A stretch of 63,684 nt of DNA, filler included, from Octopus bimaculoides (GCF_001194135.2; 8 parts of 7 records of this genome joined end to end with filler, not necessarily neighbours in it); one strand, 5' to 3'; positions 39,045 through 52,353 are shown, numbered from the whole stretch's first letter. The notes: generated by a model from the sequence alone, not told the origin. Made by a program: numbers and translations.

Positions 39045-39847
39045 NNNNNNNNNNNNNNNNNNNNNNNNNNNNNNNNNNNNNNNNNNNNNNNNNNNNNNNN
39101 NNNNNNNNNNNNNNNNNNNNNNNNNNNNNNNNNNNNNNNNNNNNNNNNNNNNNNNNNNNNNNNNNNNNNNNNNNNNNNNNNNNNNNNNNNNNNNNNNNNN
39201 NNNNNNNNNNNNNNNNNNNNNNNNNNNNNNNNNNNNNNNNNNNNNNNNNNNNNNNNNNNNNNNNNNNNNNNNNNNNNNNNNNNNNNNNNNNNNNNNNNNN
39301 NNNNNNNNNNNNNNNNNNNNNNNNNNNNNNNNNNNNNNNNNNNNNNNNNNNNNNNNNNNNNNNNNNNNNNNNNNNNNNNNNNNNNNNNNNNNNNNNNNNN
39401 NNNNNNNNNNNNNNNNNNNNNNNNNNNNNNNNNNNNNNNNNNNNNNNNNNNNNNNNNNNNNNNNNNNNNNNNNNNNNNNNNNNNNNNNNNNNNNNNNNNN
39501 NNNNNNNNNNNNNNNNNNNNNNNNNNNNNNNNNNNNNNNNNNNNNNNNNNNNNNNNNNNNNNNNNNNNNNNNNNNNNNNNNNNNNNNNNNNNNNNNNNNN
39601 NNNNNNNNNNNNNNNNNNNNNNNNNNNNNNNNNNNNNNNNNNNNNNNNNNNNNNNNNNNNNNNNNNNNNNNNNNNNNNNNNNNNNNNNNNNNNNNNNTCT
39701 ATCTATCTGTCCATCTATCTATTTATCTGTCTATCTATCTATCTTCATTGTCCTGGAACCTCACCCCAGAAAACAAAAAAATAAAAACAATGTTTCCTCT
39801 TCTAAACAAAACAAAAAAAAACACTTAATTTATATATTAAAAAAACA

Positions 39848-40262
39848 GGCGTAGGAGTGGCTGTGAGGTAAGTAGCTTGCTTACCAACCACATGGTTCCG
39901 GGTTCAGTCCCACTGCGTGGCACCTTGGGCAAGAGTCTTCTACTATAGCCTTGGGCCGACCAAAGCCTTGTGAGTGGATTTGGTAGACGGAAACTGAAAG
40001 AAGCCCGTCGTATATATGTGTATATATATATATGTGCGTGTATTTATATGTTTGTGTGCCTGTGTTTGTCCCCCCAACGTCGCTTGACAACCGATGCTGG
40101 TGTGTTTATGTCCCCGTAACTTAGCGGTTCAGCAAAAAAGACTGATAGAATAAGTACTAGGCTTACAAAGAATAAGTCCTGGCGTCGATTTGCTCGACTA
40201 AAGGCGGTGCTCCAGCATGGCCACAGTCAAATGACTGAAACAAGTAAAAGAGTAAAGAGTAA
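39848..40262 (+). mobile_element. Full-length SINE family B (tRNA-like head, internal TA/TG microsatellite, gtaaaagag tail)
   Basis: Head ggcgtaggagtggctgtg.ggtaag...ggttccgggttcagtccc; internal microsatellite at about 40010-40065; 3' half matches copies at 35-222, 33151-33300 and 63455-63684. Confidence 0.85.
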
Positions 40263-40959
40263 ACTGTTTGCACATTCACAATTTTATTTAACAAGTTCGA
40301 AGACGAACGGAAACGTTAATAACAATGACTCAATAAAAAACTATTCTTTTCTCAAAATTCTGGCGACCTCCTCTTTTCTCAATATTCAATATCTGTACAC
40401 CACTTCTAGCATTTTATACATACACTCTAAGATAATAAATACGAAAACTAATTTCTGTGTGTCAGTGTGTCACACTTTGATCCCCACCTCTCTCACTATT
40501 CACTGACACTTTTGCTATTGCTCATACTGGGGTGAGAGTAATAGTAGGCATAGAGACGGTGATGGCGATGGTGAAGACACAGACAGAGTAAGAAAAAGAG
40601 AGGGAGAGAAAGAGAGACAAAGAAATTTACGGAGAGTTGATGTTTTTTTTTTTATTAAAAGTAGTAGTGTCGATGATGGCAGTGTAAGTAATAATAAGAA
40701 AGAGAGAAAGAACGGGTATGTGAGTGAAAGAGGGACTGAACAGAGATGATGCTCATGTAACTTTTCTTTATGGTAATCCTATATCTCAAGTTCACGGTAC
40801 CGTGACACTAAAATTATATAAATTAGAAACATAAGACCAAATTCACCAACAGATGCCTGTCAAACATTACGTAAAACCTAACAAGATGCAATTATTTATT
40901 TACGTTGTCTTTTACGATCAAAAGCTTCCAAAATACACCTATGTATCTACCGTGACCAT

Positions 40960-41330
40960 TAATAAAGTCACAAGAAAAAAAAAGTCGCAATTAATTTATG
41001 GTGGCTAGTAATAAAGTTACAGGGAGAAAAAAAATCACAGAAAAAGTCACAATTTTGTCTAGGAAAGCAAGTCAGGTAAGCAACAAAAATATTCGAGTCA
41101 GTTACAATTTATTTAAGTACCATAAACAATTGAAGTAATAAAACAGAAAATATTTAAAATCAGTTATTAACTGACACGACGTGACTTGTACATAGACAGC
41201 TCTATTTATATATGATGGTATCGCATGTGACTTTTTTTCCTATGCCTTCTTTTTTCCGTGATTTTTTTTCCTGCAACTTTTTTACCTGTGACTTTTTACC
41301 TGTGACATTTTTTCTTTTTACCTGGATTTG
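40960..41330. repeat. Inverted clusters of modular AAAAAGTCACA / TGTGACTTTTT units (fold-back-like relic)
   Basis: Several aaagtcaca-like units at 40960-41070 face several gtgacttttt-like units at 41225-41325; termini undefined. Confidence 0.5.
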
Positions 41331-41726
41331 TTTCTACATGCCATTTAAATGAATGTTGAGTATCATCTTTTATTGCCAGTGAAAAAATACATTTGTTGCT
41401 GTATAGTATCGCACAAAGCAAGTGACCTGTTGGGGCTGCAAACAATATGGGGCGCGTCTAGTTTTATTGTTGGATACATTATTTGAATGTGGTCATACAA
41501 ATCACCGAAGCAGTCGACCCCACGAATTTTGAATTTGTGACATTTATCCTGGCATTTTATCGATGTAAACTTTGGGTATCATTTTTCTAGCAGCTGATAT
41601 ATCCGAATCGTTTTTCCCTTGGTCATTATAATAATTTTTGACACTTGGAATAGTTCTCTTATTACATAATAAAGAGAAGATCATACTTTGCTGAGCTCCA
41701 ATAATCAGAAGAATGCCTGGAATTGT

Positions 41727-42018
41727 CGGTAATTTTTCAGATGAACACCCGTACGATCTTCACTAGGGTGTTAATGTTAGAGTTTTAGGGTTAGGGTTAG
41801 GGTTTTAGGGTTAGTTTTAGGGTTAGGGTTAGGGTCAGGGTTTAGGGTTACGGTTAGGGTTTTAGGGTTTGGGTTAGGGAATTCCGTCCCTAACCGTAAC
41901 CCTAACCCTAAACACTAACCCTAATCCTAACCCTAAAACTAACCCTAACCCTAACCCTAAAACCCTAACCATAACACCCAAGCGAAGATCGTGCGGGTGT
42001 TAATCTGAAAAATTACCG
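41727..42018. mobile_element. Fold-back element/MITE made of head-to-head TTAGGG/CCCTAA arrays
   Basis: About 48-bp unique TIR (cggtaatttttcagat.aacacccg.acgatcttc.ct.gggtgtta), then degenerate TTAGGG repeats, a 6-nt spacer attccg, CCCTAA repeats and the inverse TIR. Flanked by the direct repeat AATTGT. Confidence 0.8.
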
Positions 42019-42292
42019 AATTGTCGTCCGTACATATGAAGATCGGGTTAAAAGGTTTCTGATTCGGTCATTGACTGAATAATATTTTTTCCTTCTTCTT
42101 ACCATATATATCAGTAATTATCTAATTTCACCTTCTTTTCATTACATTAAGAAGATAGCACTAACTTGACTTTAGGTTTGATCGTTTTATTTGTCATGTC
42201 TGAACAGAGTATTCTGATATATTAAGGATAGTGCGCGGAAGATAGATAACGTCTGGTCCACTCCTAAATAATGATAACAATAATAATAATAG

Positions 42293-42668
42293 TTTCTTTC
42301 TACCAAAGGCACAAGGCCTAAAATTTGGTGGGTGGGGACTAGTGCGTTCACTAGTACTTAATTTATTGATCCTGAAAAGTTGAAAGGCAAAGTCGACCTC
42401 AGCGGATTTTGAACTCAGAACGTAGCGGCAGACGAAATACCTATTTCTTTACTGCCCACAAGGGGCTACACACAGAGGGGACAAACAAGGACAGACAAAC
42501 GGATTAAGTCGATTATATCGACCCCAGTGCGTAACTGGTACTTAATTTATCGACCCCGAAAGGATGAAAGGCAAAGTCGACCTCGGCGGAATTTGAACTC
42601 AGAACGCAGTGGCAGACGAAATACCGCTAAGCATTTTACCCGGCATGCTAACGATTCTGCCAGTTCGC
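42293..42668 (-). mobile_element. SINE family A dimer
   Basis: Two core units joined at gacgaaatacc|tatttc (42441/42442). Confidence 0.82.
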
Positions 42669-44633
42669 AATAATAAAATAATTAACCAAAAGTTATTGGC
42701 ATTTTGTGAATATTGAAGCAATTTCTTTCTGAAAATTTGTCCGAAAATCAACAGCCAAAGCTTATATCGATAGAATGTCTTAAGAGGTGATCCCACACTT
42801 CTCAAAACTCTGGAACCGAGGCCGTACAACGGGATGCAGCTTAAAAAGTCATACCCAGGGCATACACACTCACAGACACACAGACGTGCGCGCACTCACA
42901 TAGCCGTCTAAGAATTCAGAAGTCAGAAAGGATATACACTCGTATATTTGTCAATAGAGTGAGTATATTAATCGAAGTGTACCGTATAATATATCCATTA
43001 CGACCGATGTTACCAATCGGTTTCGCATTAGGAATTCAACAGATACCTATCAAACGGCGTAGATTACGATTATATAGACATTTATATAGATTTATAGACA
43101 TTTGTGGGCAAAATTATATAGACATTTGTGGGGGAAATTTATTCCGAGATGGTAGGGAGAGGAGTTTAGAAACAACGGAGTTTCGGATCAAATTGCAGCC
43201 ACTCCGTTTTGATGGGGATTTTTTTCCCATTTCTTTTTAACCACAGCCTTCGAAATGATGGGGAGGGGCATCTTTTTTATGAAAAAAATGTTTCGAAAAT
43301 TTTTGTGTAGAACCCCGCCCCCTCNNNNNNNNNNNNNNNNNNNNNNNNNNNNNNNNNNNNNNNNNNNNTTAATTAATTAANNNNNNNNNNNNNNNNNNNN
43401 NNNNNNNNNNNNNNNNNNNNNNNNGTACTCGACAACTGGGCAAAATGTATGACGTCAGGCGCATAAAATAAACACCTGTTCATAATATGAACAATTGTAA
43501 AAGGCATTCTTTCCCCAATAATATCAATAACAGATAATAGTCGAAAAGAGATCTAATAATGATATCATTGATCTAATATTGATTTCTTACATTGGTACAG
43601 GGTCACATATTTCTAGGAATTTGCAATCGATCGAGTCTTGCCTAAAACAAGAAATTTAAAGAAATAAAAAAATACTTTGGCTTGTAACGAGTTTCTCAAC
43701 TTTACCAATTCATTCCACCAATGTTTGTCTTTGAAATAATAATTCCTAAAGCTTCATCTTCAGTTTCTGCCACATTTTAAATACAAGGAATGGATTACAT
43801 GGAATCACTCAAAATGGAATTTAAAATAACATTCTAAGGAGCACCACAAATACATGTTAAACTAATATAAAATATAATCACACGTATGAAAGAATACGAC
43901 CCGTTCTGCAAACACAGTTCTCTGGGAATTTGCTACCATTCTATATTGACGCTAAACTGAACTTTATCAAAGAAATATTATTAGACAAATCAGTGAATCA
44001 AGTGGAATGGAATGCAGAGATCTAAGTAACCAGTAGGATCCTACATCACGTTCAACGGCGTCTTATGTATGAATGAAGCCTCATCTTCACAAACGACAGA
44101 GAAGGAATTGAAAGTGGTGCTATTAATTCTTATATCTATAAAGAGAACTTGGATCGGTTTTCTCCGTAACTTGCTGTTACAACCCTGCACTGCTACAGTA
44201 ACCTTATTTTTTATTGTGTTCTTGCTTTGACGTAACGTTTTCTATTTGTAAATAAAGTAGAGGCTAAACGTGTTACCAAACGATCATTTCTGACGTTTAT
44301 CGACACCTTTATAGTGATTGGTAAATGATGTCCATGTTTATCGATTATACATTGTACTAATACAATGTGAAATTTGACAGTACCAATGATATCTTCGTCC
44401 TAATTTCGGAAAGAAGACTCGCCCACCACATTCAATTAAATATTCACTTTGCAAACAAAACAAACACCTTTTATATAATGAACTCATGCTAAACAAATGA
44501 ACAAAGAAATGGAATAATAAGTTTTTTAACTGCAGCAATTTTCCTCTAGTCTACGATAAAATATTTAAAATTATATCACTTATCGATTTCAGTTACTGCA
44601 AGCAAAACATTGTAAGTCAGTGAAAACGACTTA

Positions 44634-46100
44634 ATGATGTCTAAATTTATCAATTATATTAAGCGCTATTATTTGTGTCGATGGAGATTATGTTATGCCT
44701 GTACAGTTGCTTTTCTTCTGATGCAAACATTAAGAGTTGATCTAAGTATGGCCTTTGTTTGCATGCTGAAAACACCCAATCGTACAACTGAGGAATTTTA
44801 TTTTACTACAGACAACAAACGGTGTTCCCGTTCAGGTGACCATTCTGTAGACCGAAGTTTTGAAGGAGAATTCGAGTGGGACGACTCATTACAAGCCAAC
44901 ATGTTGGCAGGGTATTTCTATGGGTATATGGCAACTAATATTTTGGGTGGGCTTTTAGCAGACAAATATGGTGGAAAAAGAGTCCTAGGAATTTCGCTCC
45001 TATCAGCATCAATTTTAACCATTCTTCATCCAAGTTTATCTCGAGTTAGTGGTTATTTTACTCTTACTCTAAGAATATTAACCGGTATACTATCAGGGCC
45101 AGTGCCCCCTGCAATTCATTCCTTATTTGGACGTTGGGGCCCTCCACAGGAGATAGGTTTATTGGTTGGGTTCGCATTTGCTGGTCAAATTCTAGGTAGC
45201 ATTGTAGGTCTTTCAATATCTGGTCTTCTTTGTGTTTATGGCTTTGATAATGGATGGGGTTCTATATTTTATGTATTTGGTGGATTATCGTTGGTGTTTA
45301 GTTGTATTTGGTTTTATGTTGTTTATGACAATCCGGACACCCATCCCAGTATTAGTGATGAAGAACGTTCCTACTTAAATAGAACTATAACAAGTGAAAA
45401 AGTATTTAAAATAATACCTTGGAAACAAATGCTTTCCTCACCTGCAGTTTGGGCGATTATCGTCGGTTGGTTTGCTTATAGCTGGACAGATTTATCGTTC
45501 CAGGTGTTGTTACCACTTTATACGAAAGACGCCTTAAACATTAAAACAGCATCGAATGGTTTAATGTCGTCTGCTCCTTCGATTGGACAAATCATTGCTT
45601 TACCTTTGTGTGGAAGATTTGCAGATCTTATACTTTCAAAGAAATATCTGTCGACTCGTGTCGTTCGAGTCTTATTCCAAACCATTTCTCTGATTGTTTC
45701 AGCATGTCTGTTGATTGTCATCGGATTCCTCAGATGTGACCAAACCATTCTAATAAGTATTCTTTTGTTTCTCAGTGGTATAACTCTATCATTTACCAGT
45801 GGCGGTGTTCTCGTCAACAATAGAGACATTGCTCCAAATTATGCTGGTGTTGTATTTGGAATTGCTAACACGTTTGCCGTAATGTCTGGAAGTTTTAGTT
45901 CCTTGTCTACAAAAGCTTTAACCCCAAACGGTACACAACGAGAATGGCAGATCGTGTTCGCCTTATGTGCTGCTATATGTGTAGTTGGTGCTATATTGTA
46001 TGTGATATTGGCAAGAGGAGAAATCCAAGTTTGGGCAATTTCAGAAGAATCTGGATCATCTGTTAAACCAAAAGACACAGAAATGAATGAAAAAATTTAA
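44634..46100 (+). CDS. SLC17A5-like: Intronless SLC17 (anion:cation symporter, MFS) sialin-like transporter, 488 aa
   Basis: Uninterrupted 488-codon ORF with about 12 hydrophobic segments and SLC17 motifs: LRVDLSMAFVCM (TM1), FEWD..Q...GYFYGY....GG.LADKYGGK, PAIH.L..RW.PP.E, GW.S.FY.FG, VYDNP..HP.IS.EE..Y, PW...L.S..VWAI, DIAPNYAG..FGIANT, W..VF. Family call is firm; orthology to SLC17A5 is not established. Confidence 0.92.
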   Translation: MMSKFINYIKRYYLCRWRLCYACTVAFLLMQTLRVDLSMAFVCMLKTPNRTTEEFYFTTDNKRCSRSGDHSVDRSFEGEFEWDDSLQANMLAGYFYGYMATNILGGLLADKYGGKRVLGISLLSASILTILHPSLSRVSGYFTLTLRILTGILSGPVPPAIHSLFGRWGPPQEIGLLVGFAFAGQILGSIVGLSISGLLCVYGFDNGWGSIFYVFGGLSLVFSCIWFYVVYDNPDTHPSISDEERSYLNRTITSEKVFKIIPWKQMLSSPAVWAIIVGWFAYSWTDLSFQVLLPLYTKDALNIKTASNGLMSSAPSIGQIIALPLCGRFADLILSKKYLSTRVVRVLFQTISLIVSACLLIVIGFLRCDQTILISILLFLSGITLSFTSGGVLVNNRDIAPNYAGVVFGIANTFAVMSGSFSSLSTKALTPNGTQREWQIVFALCAAICVVGAILYVILARGEIQVWAISEESGSSVKPKDTEMNEKI

Positions 46101-46699
46101 CCTTTAACAAGAGTGAACATGAAGTAATGATATACAACAAATTTAAGAATTTTACTAACCATTTCAAAATATTATCTTCAGCAATGAATAATTCAATTAT
46201 AAACGATGTTTTGTAATCACCAACAATTTAATTTTATCAATATGTCAATATATTTGTTAATATATAATTATTATTTTGGTAAATAAAGCCATTTGTAAAT
46301 ATCACACTAGTGTCATGTCGTCGATCATACATCTGTTGCTGTATCTTAGGCCATATGTTTCGCAGTTCACCGCTTTTTCGGTTGTTGCTACGCCCCTACG
46401 CCTATTCCTGTCATTCNNNNNNNNNNNNNNNNNNNNNNNNNNNNNNNNNNNNNNNNNNNNTTAATTAATTAANNNNNNNNNNNNNNNNNNNNNNNNNNNN
46501 NNNNNNNNNNNNNNNNAAGGAAACCGTGTAACTGGCCCTCTGAGTCCCGAGACGACACGAGACACTTGCTGTACACGCCTACAATAAACATGGAAGCAAA
46601 AATTATAACTCAGTTATTTAAAGCAGACAATAGATATGAATGGTTATATAACCATATTGTACTCTCAAAGACCAAACGGTAATCTCAGCTCTTTATGCA

Positions 46700-47060
46700 G
46701 ATGAATCAACTCTCACTCAAAGTGGAATCCGGTTAATTAGCAAACATCTTAATTTACGTTAGTGACAGAAATTAGAAACCCGCCAACTTACATCAGCGGT
46801 ACAATATTGGACTTTATATCTCCATCTTGAAATAATTACTGGTCAACGTCTCAGAGTGTTCTAAGGCATACAACACTATAAATGATCATGACGAACTATT
46901 AGTCAACATGGAAACCTGAACACAGTTGCACTTATTGCTGGAAATCTTACAGAACTGACATACTAAACTTGTTTTTGAAATAATACATTATGTAAAGTAT
47001 TCCTTGGTGGTCAATGTCTAGAGAAAAGATAAAAGATCGGTTCTGGAATGAATTTGGTCA
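46700..47060 (+). mobile_element. Possible degraded AP-endonuclease LINE fragment
   Basis: PTYISGTILDFI followed (different frame) by NDH and later PWW, resembling the APE motifs PT..G..LD and SDH. Confidence 0.3.
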
Positions 47061-47404
47061 TAGGTGTGCTTAATCAGAGCTAAAGAGGAATTAAGCTGGC
47101 GAGAGGGATTATTATTATGCGAACCAAGTATCAAGAAAAACTTGGTTTGCGACAAAAACTCTACTTGGGTTCAAAACACAAAGTATGCGATCGAAGAATA
47201 GGATCGATAGTACAGAGATATGCGGGAATATCGGCCCTTATATTCTACATACATCTCAGGATGAAATAAGGATTATGGATATATGGTTATGTAAATATAA
47301 TATATAATCGCTAATAGAGCATGACGATGGCCGCCATATATTTGCCAAATTAAAAAAAAAAATACTTAATAAAGATATTCAGCGGTTTAAACCTTTAAAT
47401 AATT

Positions 47405-47538
47405 ATTCTTTTCTACTGCAGGCTCAAGGCCCGAAATTTTGGGGTAAGGGGCCAGTCGATTAGATCGAACCAGTACGCAACTGGTACTTAATTTATTGAC
47501 CCCGAAAGGATAAAAGGCAAAATCGACCTCGGCGGAAT
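47405..47538 (-). mobile_element. SINE family A 3' part, cut by a gap
   Basis: aaggcccgaaatttt...gaccccgaaaggataaaaggcaaaatcgacctcggcgg. Confidence 0.75.
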
Positions 47539-48129
47539 NNNNNNNNNNNNNNNNNNNNNNNNNNNNNNNNNNNNNNNNNNNNNNNNNNNNNNNNNNNNNN
47601 NNNNNNNNNNNNNNNNNNNNNNNNNNNNNNNNNNNNNNNNNNNNNNNNNNNNNNNNNNNNNNNNNNNNNNNNNNNNNNNNNNNNNNNNNNNNNNNNNNNN
47701 NNNNNNNNNNNNNNNNNNNNNNNNNNNNNNNNNNNNNNNNNNNNNNNNNNNNNNNNNNNNNNNNNNNNNNNNNNNNNNNNNNNNNNNNNNNNNNNNNNNN
47801 NNNNNNNNNNNNNNNNNNNNNNNNNNNNNNNNNNNNNNNNNNNNNNNNNNNNNNNNNNNNNNNNNNNNNNNNNNNNNNNNNNNNNNNNNNNNNNNNNNNN
47901 NNNNNNNNNNNNNNNNNNNNNNNNNNNNNNNNNNNNNNNNNNNNNNNNNNNNNNNNNNNNNNNNNNNNNNNNNNNNNNNNNNNNNNNNNNNNNNNNNNNN
48001 CTATATATATTATATGTATATTATTTTTTTATTTATGCGCCCTTTTAAAGCCTAGTCAGGCTCGTGGGCCCAGTTTCCCGGTTTCTATGGCGTATGTATC
48101 CCCCCCCCCAGCTGGACGGGACGCCAGTC

Positions 48130-48335
48130 TATTGCAGCGTTACTCAAGAAAAAGGAAGAAAGAGTGAGAGAAAGTTGGGGCGAAAGAGTACAACAGGGGT
48201 CGCCACCAGCCCCTGCCGGAGCCTTGTGGAGCTTTAGGTGTTTTCGCTCAATAAATACACACAACGCCCGGTCTGGGAATCGAAACCGCGATCCTCCGAT
48301 CGCGAGTCCGCTGCCCTAACCATTGAGCTATTGCA
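48130..48335 (-). mobile_element. Partial copy of SINE family C
   Basis: Clear similarity to 54440-54610, including the A/B-box head. Confidence 0.8.
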
Positions 48336-48719
48336 TAAAAAGTAGCAGTATTTCTACTTTATTAATTAAAAAATATCGTTAATGAAAAGGAGAAAGAGTT
48401 TGCTAAATCTTTGATATTGAATAAATCAAGAAATAAGCAGGAACAAAGATCGATTATATCTGTAATGCACGCTAACAGGAAAAGATGCGGGTAATTATCT
48501 GATTCATTTACGTCAAAATCAGCAGAATAGACTATTTGTTATGTTTAATCGATAAGCATTTGTGATCAACAGCTTTTGTAGAGAATTTTTAATAGAAACA
48601 GTTTGAAAATAAGTTTTAGTTGACATCAAATACGAGAAATACAATTACGAAATTCTTAAGAAAACCAATGATGGTCGATCGTGGGGAAACCAAATTTCGT
48701 GCTCTTGGAAGCAAGTAGT

Positions 48720-49150
48720 CTGGTAATTATTCACAAATCGGTGTTGTCTGCATTAAGGAAAACCAAGATACGTGTAGTAAACATTATATCGGAATGGCGA
48801 AAAGCAAACTGAAATAGCGTTGTTTAATTCTGTGGAAACGATGCATAACAAACAGAAGGACTACTTAAGCTTTAGATCCGATATTTTCAACAAATGCGGA
48901 CACTTAAGGAAATGACTTCTGTCTGTCCGGTAAAATAAAAGCTACTAGATTAAGTAGATTTATCACGCTTAAATGAAAACATATACACATATATACAATT
49001 CATTCAACGCTTTGAAATTGAACGAAATTTCGGTTTAGTCAAGCCTAAACTTAAATATATCATGTAAGAAAGTTAATTGATATTACAAAAATAAAGAGTT
49101 ACGTCCCATTACGATATTTCTTTCACACGTGAAACTCGAAGTTGAGACTA
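48720..49150 (+). mobile_element. Highly degraded Penelope-like GIY-YIG fragment
   Basis: KHYIGMAKSKLK.R and FCLSGK remnants; downstream cgtgaaactcgaagttg resembles PLE 3' ends. Confidence 0.35.
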
Positions 49151-49659
49151 CAAAACTACTTTCCATAACTGCAGAAGTTTCACATCTGGAATGATTTATA
49201 GGAACACTAGACCGAACTCAGTATTTAACTGGTACTTTATTTTGTCGACACCAGAAGAACAGAAGACGAAGATGACCGCTGCAGGATTTGAACCCAGGAC
49301 GTAAAGAGTCCTAAGCTCCGCAAGCATTTTGTTCGACACTCATACGAGTCTGCCATCAAGATACCTTGTAGAATATTCCTTCTATTATTCTGTATACTTC
49401 CCGCTCAAAAGGTCCCTGAATAAGGGTTGTTTAAATAAGTTGAATAAAATGCCCATGTTTCCAGGGGTGAATTATTCAAACCCCAAAGAATTCCTCTCAA
49501 CACATGGCTGATGTACATATTGTCAGCCGCCAAGGAACATGCTCCACTGGTTAAGGTCAAACAACTGACAAGTAAATCTCTCGGATTGAGCGGAATATTT
49601 GCTGTAGCCCATCTTTTATACCAAGACAAAACAATGTGCATGGCAACACTTCCAATCAG

Positions 49660-50752
<1,093 letters not shown>

Positions 50753-51052
50753 TCACAGTTGTGATAGTATCACATATTTCATTTCAGTCATCATCTGGAC
50801 CGAACGAAAAACTTCACCTGACGGAAAAATACTTTCCCAGATGTTCAACGCAGACAAAGTTAGTTACACACTTCACTTATTAAAGTCAGTAAAAGACAAT
50901 ATTTGAACAGAACTGGCTTAAAACAGTTAACTAGCTGTCAAAGACCAATTCAACTATTGGCTGACTTGTTAAGAATTTCAGACAAACCTTTCCTCACGTC
51001 CACTAAAACACAGACGAGAATACGCCAGAATCTTACAAAACACGGCCGGCCA

Positions 51053-51083
<31 letters not shown>

Positions 51084-51638
51084 TGTATGTATTTGTGTAT
51101 ATGTATATAAGGACGATAGTCAGTTTGTTTGTACTCTGTCTAACGCCCGTGTAACCAAATCGTCATCACAACAGCTGTTGGTTGCTGGTCGCTGGTTTTA
51201 TTTAACTTGTCATTCACAGAAACACGGACTTGCTGCAAGGCGTATCCTTGTGGTTAAGAAGTTTATATAGAAGCTAGATAGTTCTGATTTCGATTCCTAA
51301 CAGATTGGTTCCTAGGGTTGTTTTTTTGGAGGGATTTTGGGGCGGTTGCTTTTAATATTGTACTCTATACTCGTGGCTTTCGTTAATCTCAGGAAACGGT
51401 GAAATTTATGGTTTAATGCCTTTCTTTTCAAAATCTGAAAGCTAACAGCCGAAGGAATAAGAATAAAAAAAATGGGGAGTGAAGGAATTGCAGACGGATG
51501 AAGTTCTGGGAAAGAAGGACTGGACGATGTTTTTAATGCGGATCTTGGAAAGGAGGGCGCAATATGGGTGATCAGAGAAACGAGAAACCAGAAAGGAATG
51601 AGTCTATCTTTCTATCTATCTAGCTAGCTAGCTAGCTA

Positions 51639-51669
<31 letters not shown>

Positions 51670-52266
51670 GCATAATATTTGTGTGTGATGTTGACAGCCT
51701 AAGAATTTTATAAAGTTTTAGGAAAACATGAAATAATTCTTATCTTTAAAAAAANNNNNNNNNNNNNNNNNNNNNNNNNNNNNNNNNNNNNNNNNNNNNN
51801 NNNNNNNNNNNNNNNNNNNNNNNNNNNNNNNNNNNNNNNNNNNNNNNNNNNNNNNNNNNNNNNNNNNNNNNNNNNNNNNNNNNNNNNNNNNNNNNNNNNN
51901 NNNNNNNNNNNNNNNNNNNNNNNNNNNNNNNNNNNNNNNNNNNNNNNNNNNNNNNNNNNNNNNNNNNNNNNNNNNNNNNNNNNNNNNNNNNNNNNNNNNN
52001 NNNNNNNNNNNNNNNNNNNNNNNNNNNNNNNNNNNNNNNNNNNNNNNNNNNNNNNNNNNNNNNNNNNNNNNNNNNNNNNNNNNNNNNNNNNNNNNNNNNN
52101 NNNNNNNNNNNNNNNNNNNNNNNNNNNNNNNNNNNNNNNNNNNNNNNNNNNNNNNNNNNNNNNNNNNNNNNNNNNNNNNNNNNNNNNNNNNNNNNNNNNN
52201 NNNNNNNNNNNNNNNNNNNNNNNNNNNTTCTCTTTATATATATGTGTGTGTGAGTGTGTGTGAGTG

Positions 52267-52353
<87 letters not shown>

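Noticed and set aside
41774-41970. True chromosome-fusion site
   Set aside because: The arrays are only about 100 bp each and enclosed by matching TIRs plus a TSD, which fits an inserted element better.
45518-46078. Antisense ORFs within the SLC17 gene
   Set aside because: Expected shadow ORFs of a real CDS.
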